From assembly GCF_902713615.1 (NCBI RefSeq), contig NW_024055490.1, forward strand, positions 467,262 to 531,261: a stretch of DNA of 64,000 bases. Reading direction: 5' to 3'. Origin of the DNA: Scyliorhinus canicula (Eukaryota). Both the position numbers and the translations under genes were made by a program. Positions 11,360 through 23,100 of the stretch are shown here, in pieces. The notes under the pieces are model-generated. The model saw only the letters and a list, made by a program, of their open reading frames with translations. It ran no database searches and was not told where the DNA came from. Every line of letters begins with the position of its first letter. Positions within the stretch are counted from its first letter, which is position 1.

Positions 11360-11851
11360 TTAAGTACCTTGTACATTTTGTACCGCAGCACGTATTGATC
11401 CATTCTGCTTTGCGTTAAAAGAACAGGTAACGAGGAGTCTTTGTCCTTGGACTTTCTGCAAGAGCAGGCCATGATTTTCGTCCATCTCCTCAGTTGAGTG
11501 CCACCCTCTGCCGGTAGGTAGATATTCTGGTTTTAAAGTTACAATACAATTTGCGGTATGATAGACCATAATAAGACCATAAGACTATTAGACATAGGAG
11601 CAGAATTAGGTCACTTGGCCCATCGAGTCCGCTCTGCCATTCAATCATGGCTGATATTTTCAACCATAGCTCTCAAGATTTCCCAAACTATTCCTCTCTT
11701 GATCTACACAAGGTCAGAGACATGTCCGGTAAATAGACATGATTGCTTGCCTGAGCATGGGATCAATTCCTTCTCGGAAAGGAACCTCAGTGATGCTGTA
11801 AACACTCACTCAGGGTTGTGTACGGGGCTTTAGGTTTTCTCGAACGCTGTT

Positions 11852-12563
11852 TCTCAGTGCGCAGTAATAGACCGCCCCATCCTCCACATCGAATGCGCTT
11901 ATACTGAGGTAACCGTTCTGTTTAGATTTGTCAGCAAACGCCAGATATCGTCCTGAACCCACATCTTTCTTCATTGCTGAGTTGTTGGTGATAATCCATC
12001 TCGGTGGCTGTGCCGGTTTCTCCTGATATCATTGCATTTTGTACATGTTGGGGCCTTTATATTGGCAATTTAATTTCATTGAAGCCCCTTCTGAGACTGT
12101 TATTGTCACTGGTGACTGAGATACTGGATTGAACATTGCCGGCCTGCGAAAGTGAAGGACTGAAATGAACAGATTGTTGTTCCTTTATAAAGTTAGAGTT
12201 TGTTCAATTAAGAGGTGCTTTTTAGCGTGGCCACTCCACTTAGCCTGTACATCTAGGTTGTGGGAGTGAGAATGTTCAAACACCACACGGACAGTGATCT
12301 GGGACCGGGATCGAATCCGTGTCCTCAGTGCAATGAGGCAGCAGTGCCAACCATTGCGCCACCGTGCCACCCTGAGTTTAAACAGAGTTGATACAAATTT
12401 GCTTTTATCTGCGGCATTTTCTGGGACCTCTGATGCAGGCACTTCATAGACATTCCCGATCGTTAATTATACTCTAGCCTATGTGTATTAATATGCTAAT
12501 CTGGTTTAATTACCACTATAACTATTTACTGTGCCAAAGCGCCGCCAGTATTATCACAACCAT
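11852..12563 (-). pseudogene. TCR alpha/delta-type V pseudogene (V-a, family 1)
   Basis: Leader MVVIILAALWH at 12530-12563; V exon 11852-12143 with frameshifts and Trp41 TGG>TGA; ends DGAVYYCALR; RSS 11813-11851 has heptamer AACAGCG (C1 lost); SINE in intron (~12190-12372). Confidence 0.88.
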
Positions 12564-12734
12564 GTCTGACTGAATCTCTCCCAGTGAACTGGACTGGACT
12601 GAGTCAGGGATTGTGTCGGAGAGAGGGAACTTAGTGCAGTGCAGGGAGAGGGTCTATTGTGACATCACTCGCCTCCCATCCTATCGGCTTGGCCGACACC
12701 ATCAGGTGAGTTTCTGACGCCCGTGCTTGTATTT

Positions 12735-12750
12735 GGCGCCCTCTGCTGCC
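12735..12750 (-). promoter_or_regulatory. CTCF-type motif upstream of V-a; CRE-like TGACATCA at 12660-12667
   Basis: GGCAGCAGAGGGCGCC on the minus strand; same module at 39849, 46713, 50391. Confidence 0.6.
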
Positions 12751-13212
12751 GGATTCGGTTTACTCCGTGTTAGAATTCGGCTGTTCAGTCGATTCAGTGT
12801 TGACTGCAATGCATATCAGGGCGGGAAACCTAGACAGAAATCTAAATTCCAACTGTTTGTACACTATCTTTGTCACTATAGGTGTTTCTAATCAAAAAAT
12901 GATGCTTAATCATCCCTGGAGTTCTCGGTTCACACCACGGATGCGACGAAGTCGAAAGAATGCCAAGACTTTGGTGGACATGCGGAGGTTAGAACTCAGA
13001 ATAATAGCAAGGCTCAACAGACTAGCTTTCTTTATTTTTGTTCTGACGAAAAAAGGGGAACGTTGCTTTTTTCAGAGACCAGATTGTCTGGAATTGTTTT
13101 CATTAGCTGAAGGTTAAATGTCCTATAAAGAAGATTGGTGAATGATATTTCATGCAGCAAGCGTTTGTGAGACAATGAAACGTTATAGAGGGCTTTGAAT
13201 AGATCAGCACCG

Positions 13213-13284
13213 AGGCACGGGCGGGATTCGAACCCGCGATTTTTGGTTTACGAAACCAACGCCTTTCCTCTTGGCCACCGCACC
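13213..13284 (-). tRNA. tRNA-Thr-CGT: tRNA-Thr(CGT), apparently intact
   Basis: GGTGCGG/CCGTGCC acceptor, TTGGT-TTCGTAA-ACCAA, GCGGG-TTCGAAT-CCCGC. Confidence 0.88.
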
Positions 13285-13829
13285 TTATGCAAGAAATTGA
13301 TGTTGATTGCACTGTGAGTTGTTATCATTTGGAGTCTGGCGCAACAATTGATGAGAGAAGAAGAATCAATAGAACATTTCAAAAAGTATTGTCAGAACTT
13401 GAGAACGGAAAACCCCGCGGGATTTAAATGCAGGGTGAAAAGGGCAATAGAAAAAGTTATTTCAAATAGGCGCAGGTAGCGTCAGTTCAATCTGCCCCCA
13501 CCCCTCCGACACTATATTGTTCTCAGTGAGTTGAGCAGGTGCAGGACGGTCACGGGCTGCTGGATGCTCAACTGTGGCTATTTCCGCTCCATCACTTGTG
13601 ACTGCAGCTGATAACCGCCGCACACCTTTTCAGCTTTGTGTCTGCGGTGCACCGGTCACAGTTTCCGTTTGATGCCCTCGCTCCAACACCATTGGGATAT
13701 TCTAGACATTGCTGCCGCTGCTCGATTCCTGTCATTGGTTGGATCAGCAATGCAGTGGGACCTGAATCTGGATTGCTGCTCTGACAGATAATTGCCGGCC
13801 CTGAAGAGCGATTGATTCAGGAAATATCG

Positions 13830-14330
13830 CGGGGAACCGCCTCGTCACCCTCCTCGTTATGATCTCGCTACTCAGTATTTCCTTCACTGCAAAACCCCCA
13901 TTCTCCCCTTACTGAGTAACCAGATATTATTGTTAATTAAATAATAATGAGTATGGTGCAGGTGACCGTTACGTTGGTCAATATGAGGCTGATTCTGAAT
14001 TTTGAGATTATTATTGTTTTCTGTTCGTTTCTATCAGACTGGAGCCGCCAAGACCCAGTGGAACATCTGGACGCTGAAATGAGGGTTGAAGAGGATACTG
14101 ACGCCACACAGCAGTACAATCGATACTGACGATCCTGATACACAGTCAGCATCCGGGCACGGTTCATATTCCGTCTGATTGGAGAGAATGTGCGTAGCAG
14201 CAAATGTAGAAGTGATCGCAATATGGCACATATATAGAGAAATACCAGCACACAAATATAGAGATCCCTATATGTGTCTGTGCCGTCAATCACATTATAG
14301 CAGAAAGGCAGTGGGTCCCAGAAACAAACC
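13830..14330 (+). pseudogene. TCR V pseudogene (V-b, family 2), internally deleted
   Basis: DWSRQDPVEHLDAEMRVEE resembles V-i/V-k FR1; leader lacks ATG; degenerate RSS CACATTA at 14291. Confidence 0.72.
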
Positions 14331-14459
14331 GACACCGAGAGGGGTAGGGGTATGTGTGTGTGTGGGGGGGGGGGGGTGATATTAATCTCTCAAGGTGGAT
14401 GCGAGAGGGCGGTCAGAAAGACCATTGCCATTTATTATTATGTGAAAATGGAGCAAGAT

Positions 14460-16353
14460 GGGTTATTGGGTTGGATTTGTTTATTATGGAGGTACAGTGA
14501 AAAGTATTTTCTGCAAGCAGCTCAACAGATCATTCAGTACATGGAAGAAGAGGGAATTAAACAAAATTCAACAAAATACAAGAAAATACATGGGACTACG
14601 TGATAGGGCAACACAAGATATACAATGTAACTACATATGCATTGGCATCGGTTGAAGCACACAGGGTGTAGTGTTAATGAGGTCAGTCAATAAGAGAGTC
14701 ATTTAGGAGTCTGGTGACAGTCGGGAAGAAGCTGTTTTTGAGTCTGTTCGTGCGTGTTCTCAAACTTCTGTATCTCCTGCCCGATGGAAGAAGTTGGAAA
14801 AGTGAGTAAGGCGGGTGGGAGGGATCCTTGATTATGCTGCCCACTTTCCCCCGCAGCGGGAGGTGTAGATGGAGTCCATGGATGGGAGGCAGGTTTGTGT
14901 GATGGACTGGGCGATATTCACGACTCTCTGAAGTTCCTTGCGGTCCTGGGCCGAGCAGTTGCCATACCAGGCTGTGATGCAGCCCGATAGGATGCTTTCT
15001 GTAGTGCACGTGTAAAAGTTGGTAAGGGTTAATGTGGACATGCCGAATTTCCTTAGTTTCCTGAGGAAGTGTAGGCGCTGTTGTGCTTTCTTGGTGATAG
15101 TGTCGACGTGAGTGGACCAGGACAGAGTTTTGGTGATGTGCACCCCTAGGAATTTGAAACTGCTAACCATCTCCACCTCGTCCACGTTGATGCTGACAGG
15201 GTGTGTACAGTACTTTGCTTCCTGAAGTCGATGACCAGCTCTTTAGTTTTGCTGGCATTGAGGGAGAGATTGTTGTCGTTACACCACTCCACTAGGTTCT
15301 CTATCTCCCTCCTGTATTCGGACTCGTCGTTATTCAAGATCCGGCCCACTCTGGTCGTATAGTCAGCCAACTTGTAGATGGAGCTGGAACCAAGTTTTGC
15401 CACGCAGTCGTATGTGTACAGGGAGTAGAGTAGGGGGCTAAGTACCCAGCCTTGCGGGGCACCGGTATTGAGGACTATTGTGGAGGAGGTGTTGGTGTTC
15501 ATTCTTACTGATTGTGGTCTGTTGGTCAGAAAGTCAAGGATCCAGTTGCAGAGTGGAGAGCCAAGTCCTAGGTTTTGGAGCTTTGATATGAGCTTGGCTG
15601 GGATTATGGTGTTGAAGGCGGAGCTGTAGTCAATAAATAAATGAATGAAAAATGAAAATCCCTTATTGTCACGAGTAGGCTTCAATGAAGTTGCTGTGAA
15701 AAGCCCCGAGTCACCACATTCCAGCACCTGGTGCAGGAATCGAACCGTGCTGTTGGCCTGCTTTAAAAGCCAGCGATTTAGCCTGGTGAGCTAAACCAGC
15801 CCTTGGAGTCTGATGTAGGAGTCCTTGTTTTCGAGATGCTCTAGAGATGAGTGTAGGGCCAGGGAAATGGCGTCTGATGTTGACCGGTTGCGACGGTATG
15901 CGAATTGAAGTGGGTCCAGGCATTCCAGGAGTATGGAGGTGATGCGCTTCATGATCAGCCTCTCGAAGCACTTCATTACAACTGACGTCAGGGCCGCCGG
16001 AGGGTAGTCATTGAGGCATGTTGCCTCATTCTTCTTTGGTACCGGTATGATGGTGGTCTTCTTGAAGCAGGTGGGGACCTCGGTGTGGAGTAGGGATAGG
16101 TTAAAGATGTCTGTGAATACCTCTGCCAGCTGGTATGCGCAGGCTCTGAGTGCATGACCAGGGATCCCGTCCGGGCCCGTCGCCTTCCGTGGGTTCACTT
16201 TCAGGAAGGCCGATCTGACTTCGGAAACTTGATGGTGGGTATGGGTGAATTAAGAGCTGCTGGGGCACTCGACAGCGGATTGTTTGTTACCTGCTCAAAC
16301 CGAGCATAGAATGCATTAAGTTCGTCGGGAAGGAATGCGCTGCTGCCAGAGAT
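14460..16353 (-). mobile_element. Rex1/Babar retrotransposon, RT region with frameshifts, interrupted by a SINE
   Basis: ORFs 15791-16198, 15146-15727 ([33 protein letters not shown]), 14832-15185, 14683-15009. Confidence 0.92.
15640..15805 (-). mobile_element. Short tRNA-derived SINE (GGGGCTGGTTTAGC family)
   Basis: Paralogs at 16947, 25133, 36002, 63425, 63855. Confidence 0.8.
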
Positions 16354-16527
16354 ACAGTAAGAAGTCTTACAACACCAGGTTAAAGTCCAACAGGTTTGTT
16401 TCAAACACGAGCTTTCGGAGTGCAGCTCCTTCCTCAGGTGAATCACAAAACAGAATCATTTAACCTGGTGTTGTAAGACTTCTTACTGTGCTCACCGCAG
16501 TCCAACGCCGGCATCTCCACATCATGG
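16354..16527. mobile_element. Penelope-type LTR fragment (family B) with 31-bp inverted repeat
   Basis: Arms 16354-16384 and 16459-16489; paralogs at ~28801-28893 and 58722-58895. Confidence 0.7.
16406..16440 (-). ncRNA. Minimal type I hammerhead ribozyme motif (canonical core)
   Basis: CAC CUGAGGA A GGAG-CUGCA-CUCC GAAA GCUC GUG: stem I CAC/GUG, palindromic AGCU stem III, CUC cleavage triplet. Confidence 0.75.
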
Positions 16528-16946
16528 CCAGAGATATTGCTCGACCCGGTCCGGTTATGTAGATCTTTGGGCATTTTTTCTGAGGGATTCTTCTCCAGAG
16601 ACCGCTGAGATAGGCCCGTTGAAGATTTTAAGACAGATGTGGTTGGATTCTCAACTGAAAAGGTAATCAAAGGTTATCCGGGGTCGGTGAAATGTGAATC
16701 TGATGTCATGTTCGCATCTGTCACGAAATTATTGAATGTTTGAGAAGGCTCAAGGGGATGAATAGCCAACTCCTGCTCAACATTCGTCTGTTGGCAGGTC
16801 CGTGAGGAGGTGTCACAATCTCCCGAGTTATCGAGGGAGACACAGCATCGTTGAGCTATTCCCCAGCTCGGCGCCATGAAGGATATTACAGCGATAGAGG
16901 CAACTCCATGCCGTAGCCGGTGCACGGTATGTGTTATCAGAACAGG

Positions 16947-17115
16947 AAAATCTCTTATTGTCACGAGTCCGCCTCAAATGAAATTACTCTGAAAATCCCC
17001 TCGTCGTCACATTCCGGCGCCTGTTCGGGGAGGCTGTTACAGGAATCGAACCGTGCTGCTGGCCTGCTTGGTCTGCTTTCAAAGCCAGCGATTTAGCCCT
17101 GTCCTAAACAGCCCC
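16947..17115 (-). mobile_element. Short SINE (GGGGCTGGTTTAGC family)
   Basis: Paralog of 15640-15805. Confidence 0.8.
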
Positions 17116-17149
17116 TAAAAACATATCATCCAGGAGTGGAACAACAATT

Positions 17150-17167
17150 CGTCTTTGGGTGGGATCA

Positions 17168-17223
<56 letters not shown>
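17150..17223 (-). pseudogene. tRNA-Asn(GTT), probable pseudogene
   Basis: GTCTCCGTGGCGCAATCGGTTAGCGCGTTCGGCTGTTAACCGAAAGG...; C56>T and two acceptor-stem mismatches. Confidence 0.85.
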
Positions 17224-17896
17224 AACAGGATCACAACTCTGTGCATTTCAACAGTGACGGCCAATCCTCTGATTGCCAGGGACCGAATGAGAATGCTGGC
17301 AATATTGGTCCCCTGAGGCGGTGCGGAAAATATCTGGAAGGAGCGTACACATGGTCCCGCGGGCATGGACATTTGTGTGACGTGGAATCATCACAGGCCC
17401 GTGGATTTTACAGAACTCACTTGGACAGCACCACACTTTCTTTGAACCACATCCCTTATCTGGGAACCTCCATAACAGAAAGCAGGAAGAGTCAAACTGA
17501 TTTGATGTATTTTCGATCAGAAAGTCGATGTTCCGCTGAAGACTACTGGGGGCTCAGACTCATTGGCATAAGGTCGACCTAAGTTAACGGTCCTGGAAGA
17601 TTTTATTATCCCCACATCTGAGAAATGTCATTACTGCTGCTCGGAAGTGGATATTCCAAGCTTAAATTTACTGTGCATCGCGACATGCTGATTAATCTCA
17701 CGAATCCGAAACGGTTCCTCTATTGACCTATACAAGGACAGAGACGGCAATACAATTGTGGAGAAATAGACCTGAGTATTTTTCTGAATCCAGATCAAAC
17801 CATCCTCCGGTACAAGGGCAGGAACGCAAATTTACTGGATTGGAAAATACTCTCTGAGGCTTTCGTACGTGGTTGTAGCTGCTTTGTGACACTGTG

Positions 17897-18139
17897 CTCA
17901 TTGCACAGTAATAGACCGCCCCGTCCTCCACACTGAGCGCGTTTATATTGAGGTAACCATTCTTTTTAGACTTGTTGGCAGCCGCCAGATATCGTCCTGA
18001 GATCTCCTCTTTCTTCATCGTCAATATGTTAATGATAACCAATCTCGGCGGCTGTGCCGGCTTTTGCTGATACCATAGCATGTGGTACATCGTCCGGTCT
18101 GTATATTCGCAATCTAACTGCACTGAACCCCCTTCTGAT
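17897..18139 (-). pseudogene. 5'-truncated TCR V (V-c, family 1) with good RSS
   Basis: SEGGSVQLDCEY..WYQQKPAQPPRL..EDGAVYYCAMS; RSS 17858-17896 CACAGTG-23-ACGAAAGCC; leader and start of FR1 replaced by unrelated repeat. Confidence 0.88.
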
Positions 18140-18257
18140 TTCTAACCTGTCCCGGTTTTTATGAAAGGTGATGGTGAAAGACGAATTTTGTTGTCCCGTC
18201 GACAAATACCGCCTGACTCCCTGAGATGTTGCAGTACTTTTGGCGTTGTTGTTTTGG

Positions 18258-18308
18258 CACATTCGCCTAACACGCGAAAGGTCCCCGGTTCAAAACCGAG
18301 CAGGAATA
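18258..18308 (+). pseudogene. 3' half of tRNA-Val(AAC)
   Basis: CACATTCGCCTAACACGCGAAAGGTCCCCGGTTCAAAACCGAGCAGGAATA with array-type downstream flank. Confidence 0.8.
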
Positions 18309-19987
18309 TTTTGCTTCTCATTTTGTGAGACGAATGTTTGCACAAAATACGTTTCTTCCTCAATCTCGCTGGTTCGAGCAACATGAGATTTGGTCTCGCA
18401 TGAGATATTAAAATTCCTGCAGCAAAGTTAGAAATACTGAATTTTCAAGACGCCAAAGGAAGAAAAGCCTTTCCTATTTTTCCACGATTCGAATATTAGC
18501 AGTTTGTTCATCCACCACAGAATCTTTTGGGCTTACAGATGCTGATGAACATATTTAATCACCATTTCAAACATGTCTAAATGTACGATAAAAACAACTT
18601 ACTGCGGATGCGTCAATGGGAAACACAAACAGAAAACACAGGACAGTCTCATCAGGTCTGACAGCCTCTGTGGAGAGAAATGGCAAGTGTCGTTTCGAGT
18701 CTGGGTGACTCTTTATCGATGCTGGACAACGGGATCTTTGGTCAGGTGTAGACTGGCGGTGTGTGTGGGGATAGTAGGGGTGGAGGGGAGCGTGAAGCAT
18801 TGGGCCTCGACAGACGGCCAGCGATGGGTGGAGAATAACACAAATTTGTTGGGTCAAAAGAAAAAGGGAATGTAGATGTTTCTAATCAGTGTTATGAACG
18901 GTGCTGACAGAGGCGATTAGGAGATTAGAATGTGTTAATGGCAGAGTACAATGAGGAACAAGGGGCGGATTTCCCAAGAGGGATGTGATTGGCTTGGGGA
19001 ATGGGGAGGGGGAGACAATGGGAGAGGAAGACATATTAATGGAAGCAATGAAAATAAATTGATGGAAATAAACATGTGGTGAAGTGGGAAGAGTGATTTC
19101 ACGGTGCGAAGTTGTTGAGCCTACTGTAAAATCCGCAAGGCTGTACCGTGTCTATTCGGAGGATGGGGTGCTGTTCCTCGGCGTTGTGCTGAGCTACACG
19201 GGAACATTGCAGCAGGCCGAGATCGGACATGTGGCCATGAGAGCAGGATAGTGAGTTCAAACAGCAAGCGACAGGAGAATCTGCCGCCAGCTTGTCGATG
19301 GAGCGAAGGTGTTTTGCAAAGCGGTCACCCAGTCGGCATTTAGTCTCTGCAATGCAGAGTAGATGGCATTGGGATCAGCAAATGCAACAGGCCAGATTGA
19401 AGGATGTCTTATAGTAATGTGTACTCAAAAGGACAGACACAAACGATACTGTAACTGACTTAGAGGAAATGCCAGAGACTTAACTGAACCAGCTTTGAGA
19501 AAGAAAAAACGGTCTTCCTGGTGGAGAAACAGGAAAAGCCAGTGTGGGAATCCAGGCTCAAAGTTGATTTACAATTATCCCCCCTTTCTTCCACATGAAC
19601 GGTATTTAGGCTGCAGCATTTTACACACCAAAACACAAAGAGGTCAAATATTTTTAAAAAACGTATTTGTCAATTCTTCAACTCAACTGAAGCATTGAAT
19701 AACGAAACAAATATTGAGTAAAGTCGGTTGCTTTTTTCTGCAGGATTTAAGAATGCTGCATTAATAATAGAAGAGAGCATTCCGCCGTTAGAGATTTGCT
19801 GAACAAATGCTTCAGTTCAATATAGGTTCTTCTTCTGGCTTGTAAGTTTAGACATCTATTTTAAAGAAACAGACGTGTCCTTGTAAGAAGTGACATGGCC
19901 TCTCAGCCGAACTATGCGAAGCTGCAACAAAGCAGTTGAAGATGTGTTGAAGGTGACACAGGTCCGTTGGCATCTCCGTTGCCAGCT

Positions 19988-20060
19988 GTTTCTGTAGTGT
20001 AGTGGTTATCACATTCGCTTGACACGCGAATGGTCTCCGGTTCGAAACCGGGCAGAAACA
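19988..20060 (+). tRNA. tRNA-Val with GAC anticodon (paralog of the TAC copies)
   Basis: Loop TT-GAC-AC; upstream flank equals those of 204 and 7568; TTTT at 20071-20074. Confidence 0.85.
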
Positions 20061-20148
20061 TTCCAGAGAGTTTTCAGTTTAGTCTGTTTCTAAATAGTAT
20101 CTCGATCTCGTAACTGGTTCTCGCATAATGTATAAAATTCCTGCAGCA

Positions 20149-23100
20149 GCCACGGACAAGGGCTCGAAACAGGGAACTGCTGCAAGCACCCACCCAGTAC
20201 GGTCTGTGGGTGAAGGGGCCCACCGGAGTGCAGGGGACTACCCGCGTGGCGGACACACAGTGGACGGCCATGGCGGGTGTCCCCGGGACAAGGGGGAACC
20301 CCGGAGCGCAGGGACCCGACCGCATGGGGAGAGCAGTGATAGTGGACATCCTGGACGGCCTCCTAACAAAGGGAAACCCCAGAGGGCAGGGGCGCGTCCA
20401 CCGGACAAATATGGTTAACCCCATAGGAGCAAGGGGGCAGAAGCCCCCCACCAGAATAGTCACCTGGAACGTAAGGGGACTTAACGGCCCAGTGAAGAGA
20501 TCTAGGGTCCTCACGCACCTTAGAAACATGAGGGCCGACATAGTCTTCCTCCAAGAGACGCACCTGAGGGAGCAGGACCAACTGCGGGTAAGAAAGGGCT
20601 GGGTGGGACAAACCTATCATTCCTGTTATGGGGCAAGGGCCAGGGGGGTGGCGATCCTGATTGGCAAGAGGACAATGTTTAGGGCGACAAAGACGGTTAC
20701 GGACCCAGGGGGATGGTATGTCATGGTCAGCGGGGCCCTGGATGGGGCGCCGGTAGTTCTAGTTAACGTGTACGCGCCTCATCACGAGCTTCATCCAAAA
20801 GACCATGGCAGAAATCCCGGACATAGCGACGCACCGACTAATCATGTGGGGGGGGGGGGGGGACTTCAACTGTGTACAGGACCCAAAGACGGACAGATCA
20901 AACCCCAGAACGGGGAAAACCTCAAACATGGCAAGGGAACTCAGTCACTATATGGAGCAGATGGGAGCAGTGGACCCCTGGAGATTCGCCCACCCGGGGG
21001 AGAAAGAATTCTCTTTCTTCTCCCCAGTACACAATGTGTACACCAGAATTGACTTCTTTGTGGTGGGGAAAACGGTGCTTCCAGGGATAGACAAGGTGGA
21101 ATATTCCGCAATTGTGATATCAGACCACGCCCCACACTACATGGACGTACGGCTGGAGACGGGAAGGGCCCAGCGCCCCACATGGAGGCTGGACGGTGCC
21201 TTACTAGCTGACAAGGCCTTCAGCGAAAGGATAGCGCGGGCCATAGCGGAATACACGGAGAACAACCAAAACGGGGAGGTCTCATCCTCCACGTTCTGGG
21301 AAGCGCTTAAGGCCGTACTAAGAGGGGAAATCATTGCCTACAAAGCGCAAAGAGATAGGGAGGAAATGGTGGCTAGGCAGAAGCTGGTCGACTCCATACT
21401 GGAGGTAGACCGTAAATACTCCGAGGCCCCGACCGTAGAGCTCCTGGCGGAGAGAAAAGAATTACAAAGGAACTTTGACCTGCTCTCCACCAGGAAAGCA
21501 GTACACCAACTCCGCCAGGCACGCGGGGCCCTGTACAAACACGGAGACAAAGCCAGCCGCCTGTTGGCACACCAGCTGAGAAAGCAGGCAGCCAGCAGGG
21601 AAATTGCGCAAATCAGAGGTGCCAGAGGCACATGGGAAACAGAACCAGAGAGGATTAACAAAACCTTCAAGGCCTTCTACCAAGAGCCAAACACCTCGGA
21701 GCCCCCAACGGGGAAGGCTGGGATGAACCGGTTTCTTGATGGACTGGACATACCAGTCGTGGGAGAGGGCAGAAAACGGGATCTGGAAGCACCACTAGCA
21801 CTGGGAGAGATCATGGAGAGCATTAGCTCCATGCAGACGGGGAAGGCGCCGGGACCGGACGGATTCCCGGCGGACTTCTACAAAAAATTCGCGACAGCGC
21901 TGGCCCCGCACCTGCGGGAGATGTTCACAGACTCGCTAGCTAGGGGCACACTGCCACCCACGTTAGCACAGGCCTCAATCTCGCTGATACCTAAGAAAGA
22001 CAAAGACCCAACGGAATGTGGGTCATACAGACCCATATCTCTGCTGAACGCAGACGCCAAAATACTGGCCAAAATCCTAGCCAAAAGGCTAGAAGACTGT
22101 GTACCTGAGGTGGTCACAGAGGGCCAGACGGGCTTCGTCAAAGGTAGACAGCTTACCGCGAACATCAGGCGCCTGCTGAACGTGACAATGACCCCCTCCG
22201 GGGAGAGAACACAAGAGGTGATCGTCTCCCTGGACGCAGAAAAGGCCTTCGACAGAGTCGAATGGAAATACCTCATAGAGGTACTGGAGCGGTTCGGGCT
22301 TGGAACAGGGTTCACCGCTTGGGTAAAGCTCCTATACAACGCTCCCATGGCGAGTGTATGGACCAACAATACCAACTCCCAATACTTCCAGCTGCACAGG
22401 GGCACCAGACAAGGATGCCCACTGTCCCCGCTGCTGTTCGCACTAGCAATCGAACCGCTAGCAATCGCGCTCAGGGCAGCAAAAAATTGGAGGGGATCCG
22501 AAGGGGAGGTAGAGAGCACAGAGTCTCACTCTATGCGGATGATCTGCTCCTCTATATCTCGGACCCACAAAGCAGCATGGACGGAATCATAGCGCTCCTG
22601 AAAGAGTTTGGAGCCTTCTCGGGCTACAAACTCAACATGAGCAAAAGTGAGATCTTCCCAGTACACCCGCAAGGGGGGGGGGGCAGCACTAAAGGGCCTG
22701 CCGTTCAAACAAGCCCGAAATAAATTCCGCTACCTGGGGATCCAAATAGCCCATGACTGGAAAGGGATCCACAAATGGAACCTCACCAGCCTGACGGAGG
22801 AAGTTAAAAAGGACCTGCAAAGATGGAACACACTCCCGCTCTCCCTCGCGGGGAGAGTCCAGACGATCAAAATGAACGTACTGCCCAGGTTCCTTTTCCT
22901 GTTTAGATCCATTCCGATCTACATCCCCAAGGCCTTTTTCAAAGCGCTGGACAAACATATCATGGCGTTCGTATGGGGGGGGGGTAAAAATGCTAGGATC
23001 CCAAAGAGGGTCATACAAAAAACAAAATCCAGGGGGGGGCTAGCCCTCCCGAATCTACAATTCTACCACTGGGCGGCAACAGCCGAGCGAGTAAGGGGAT

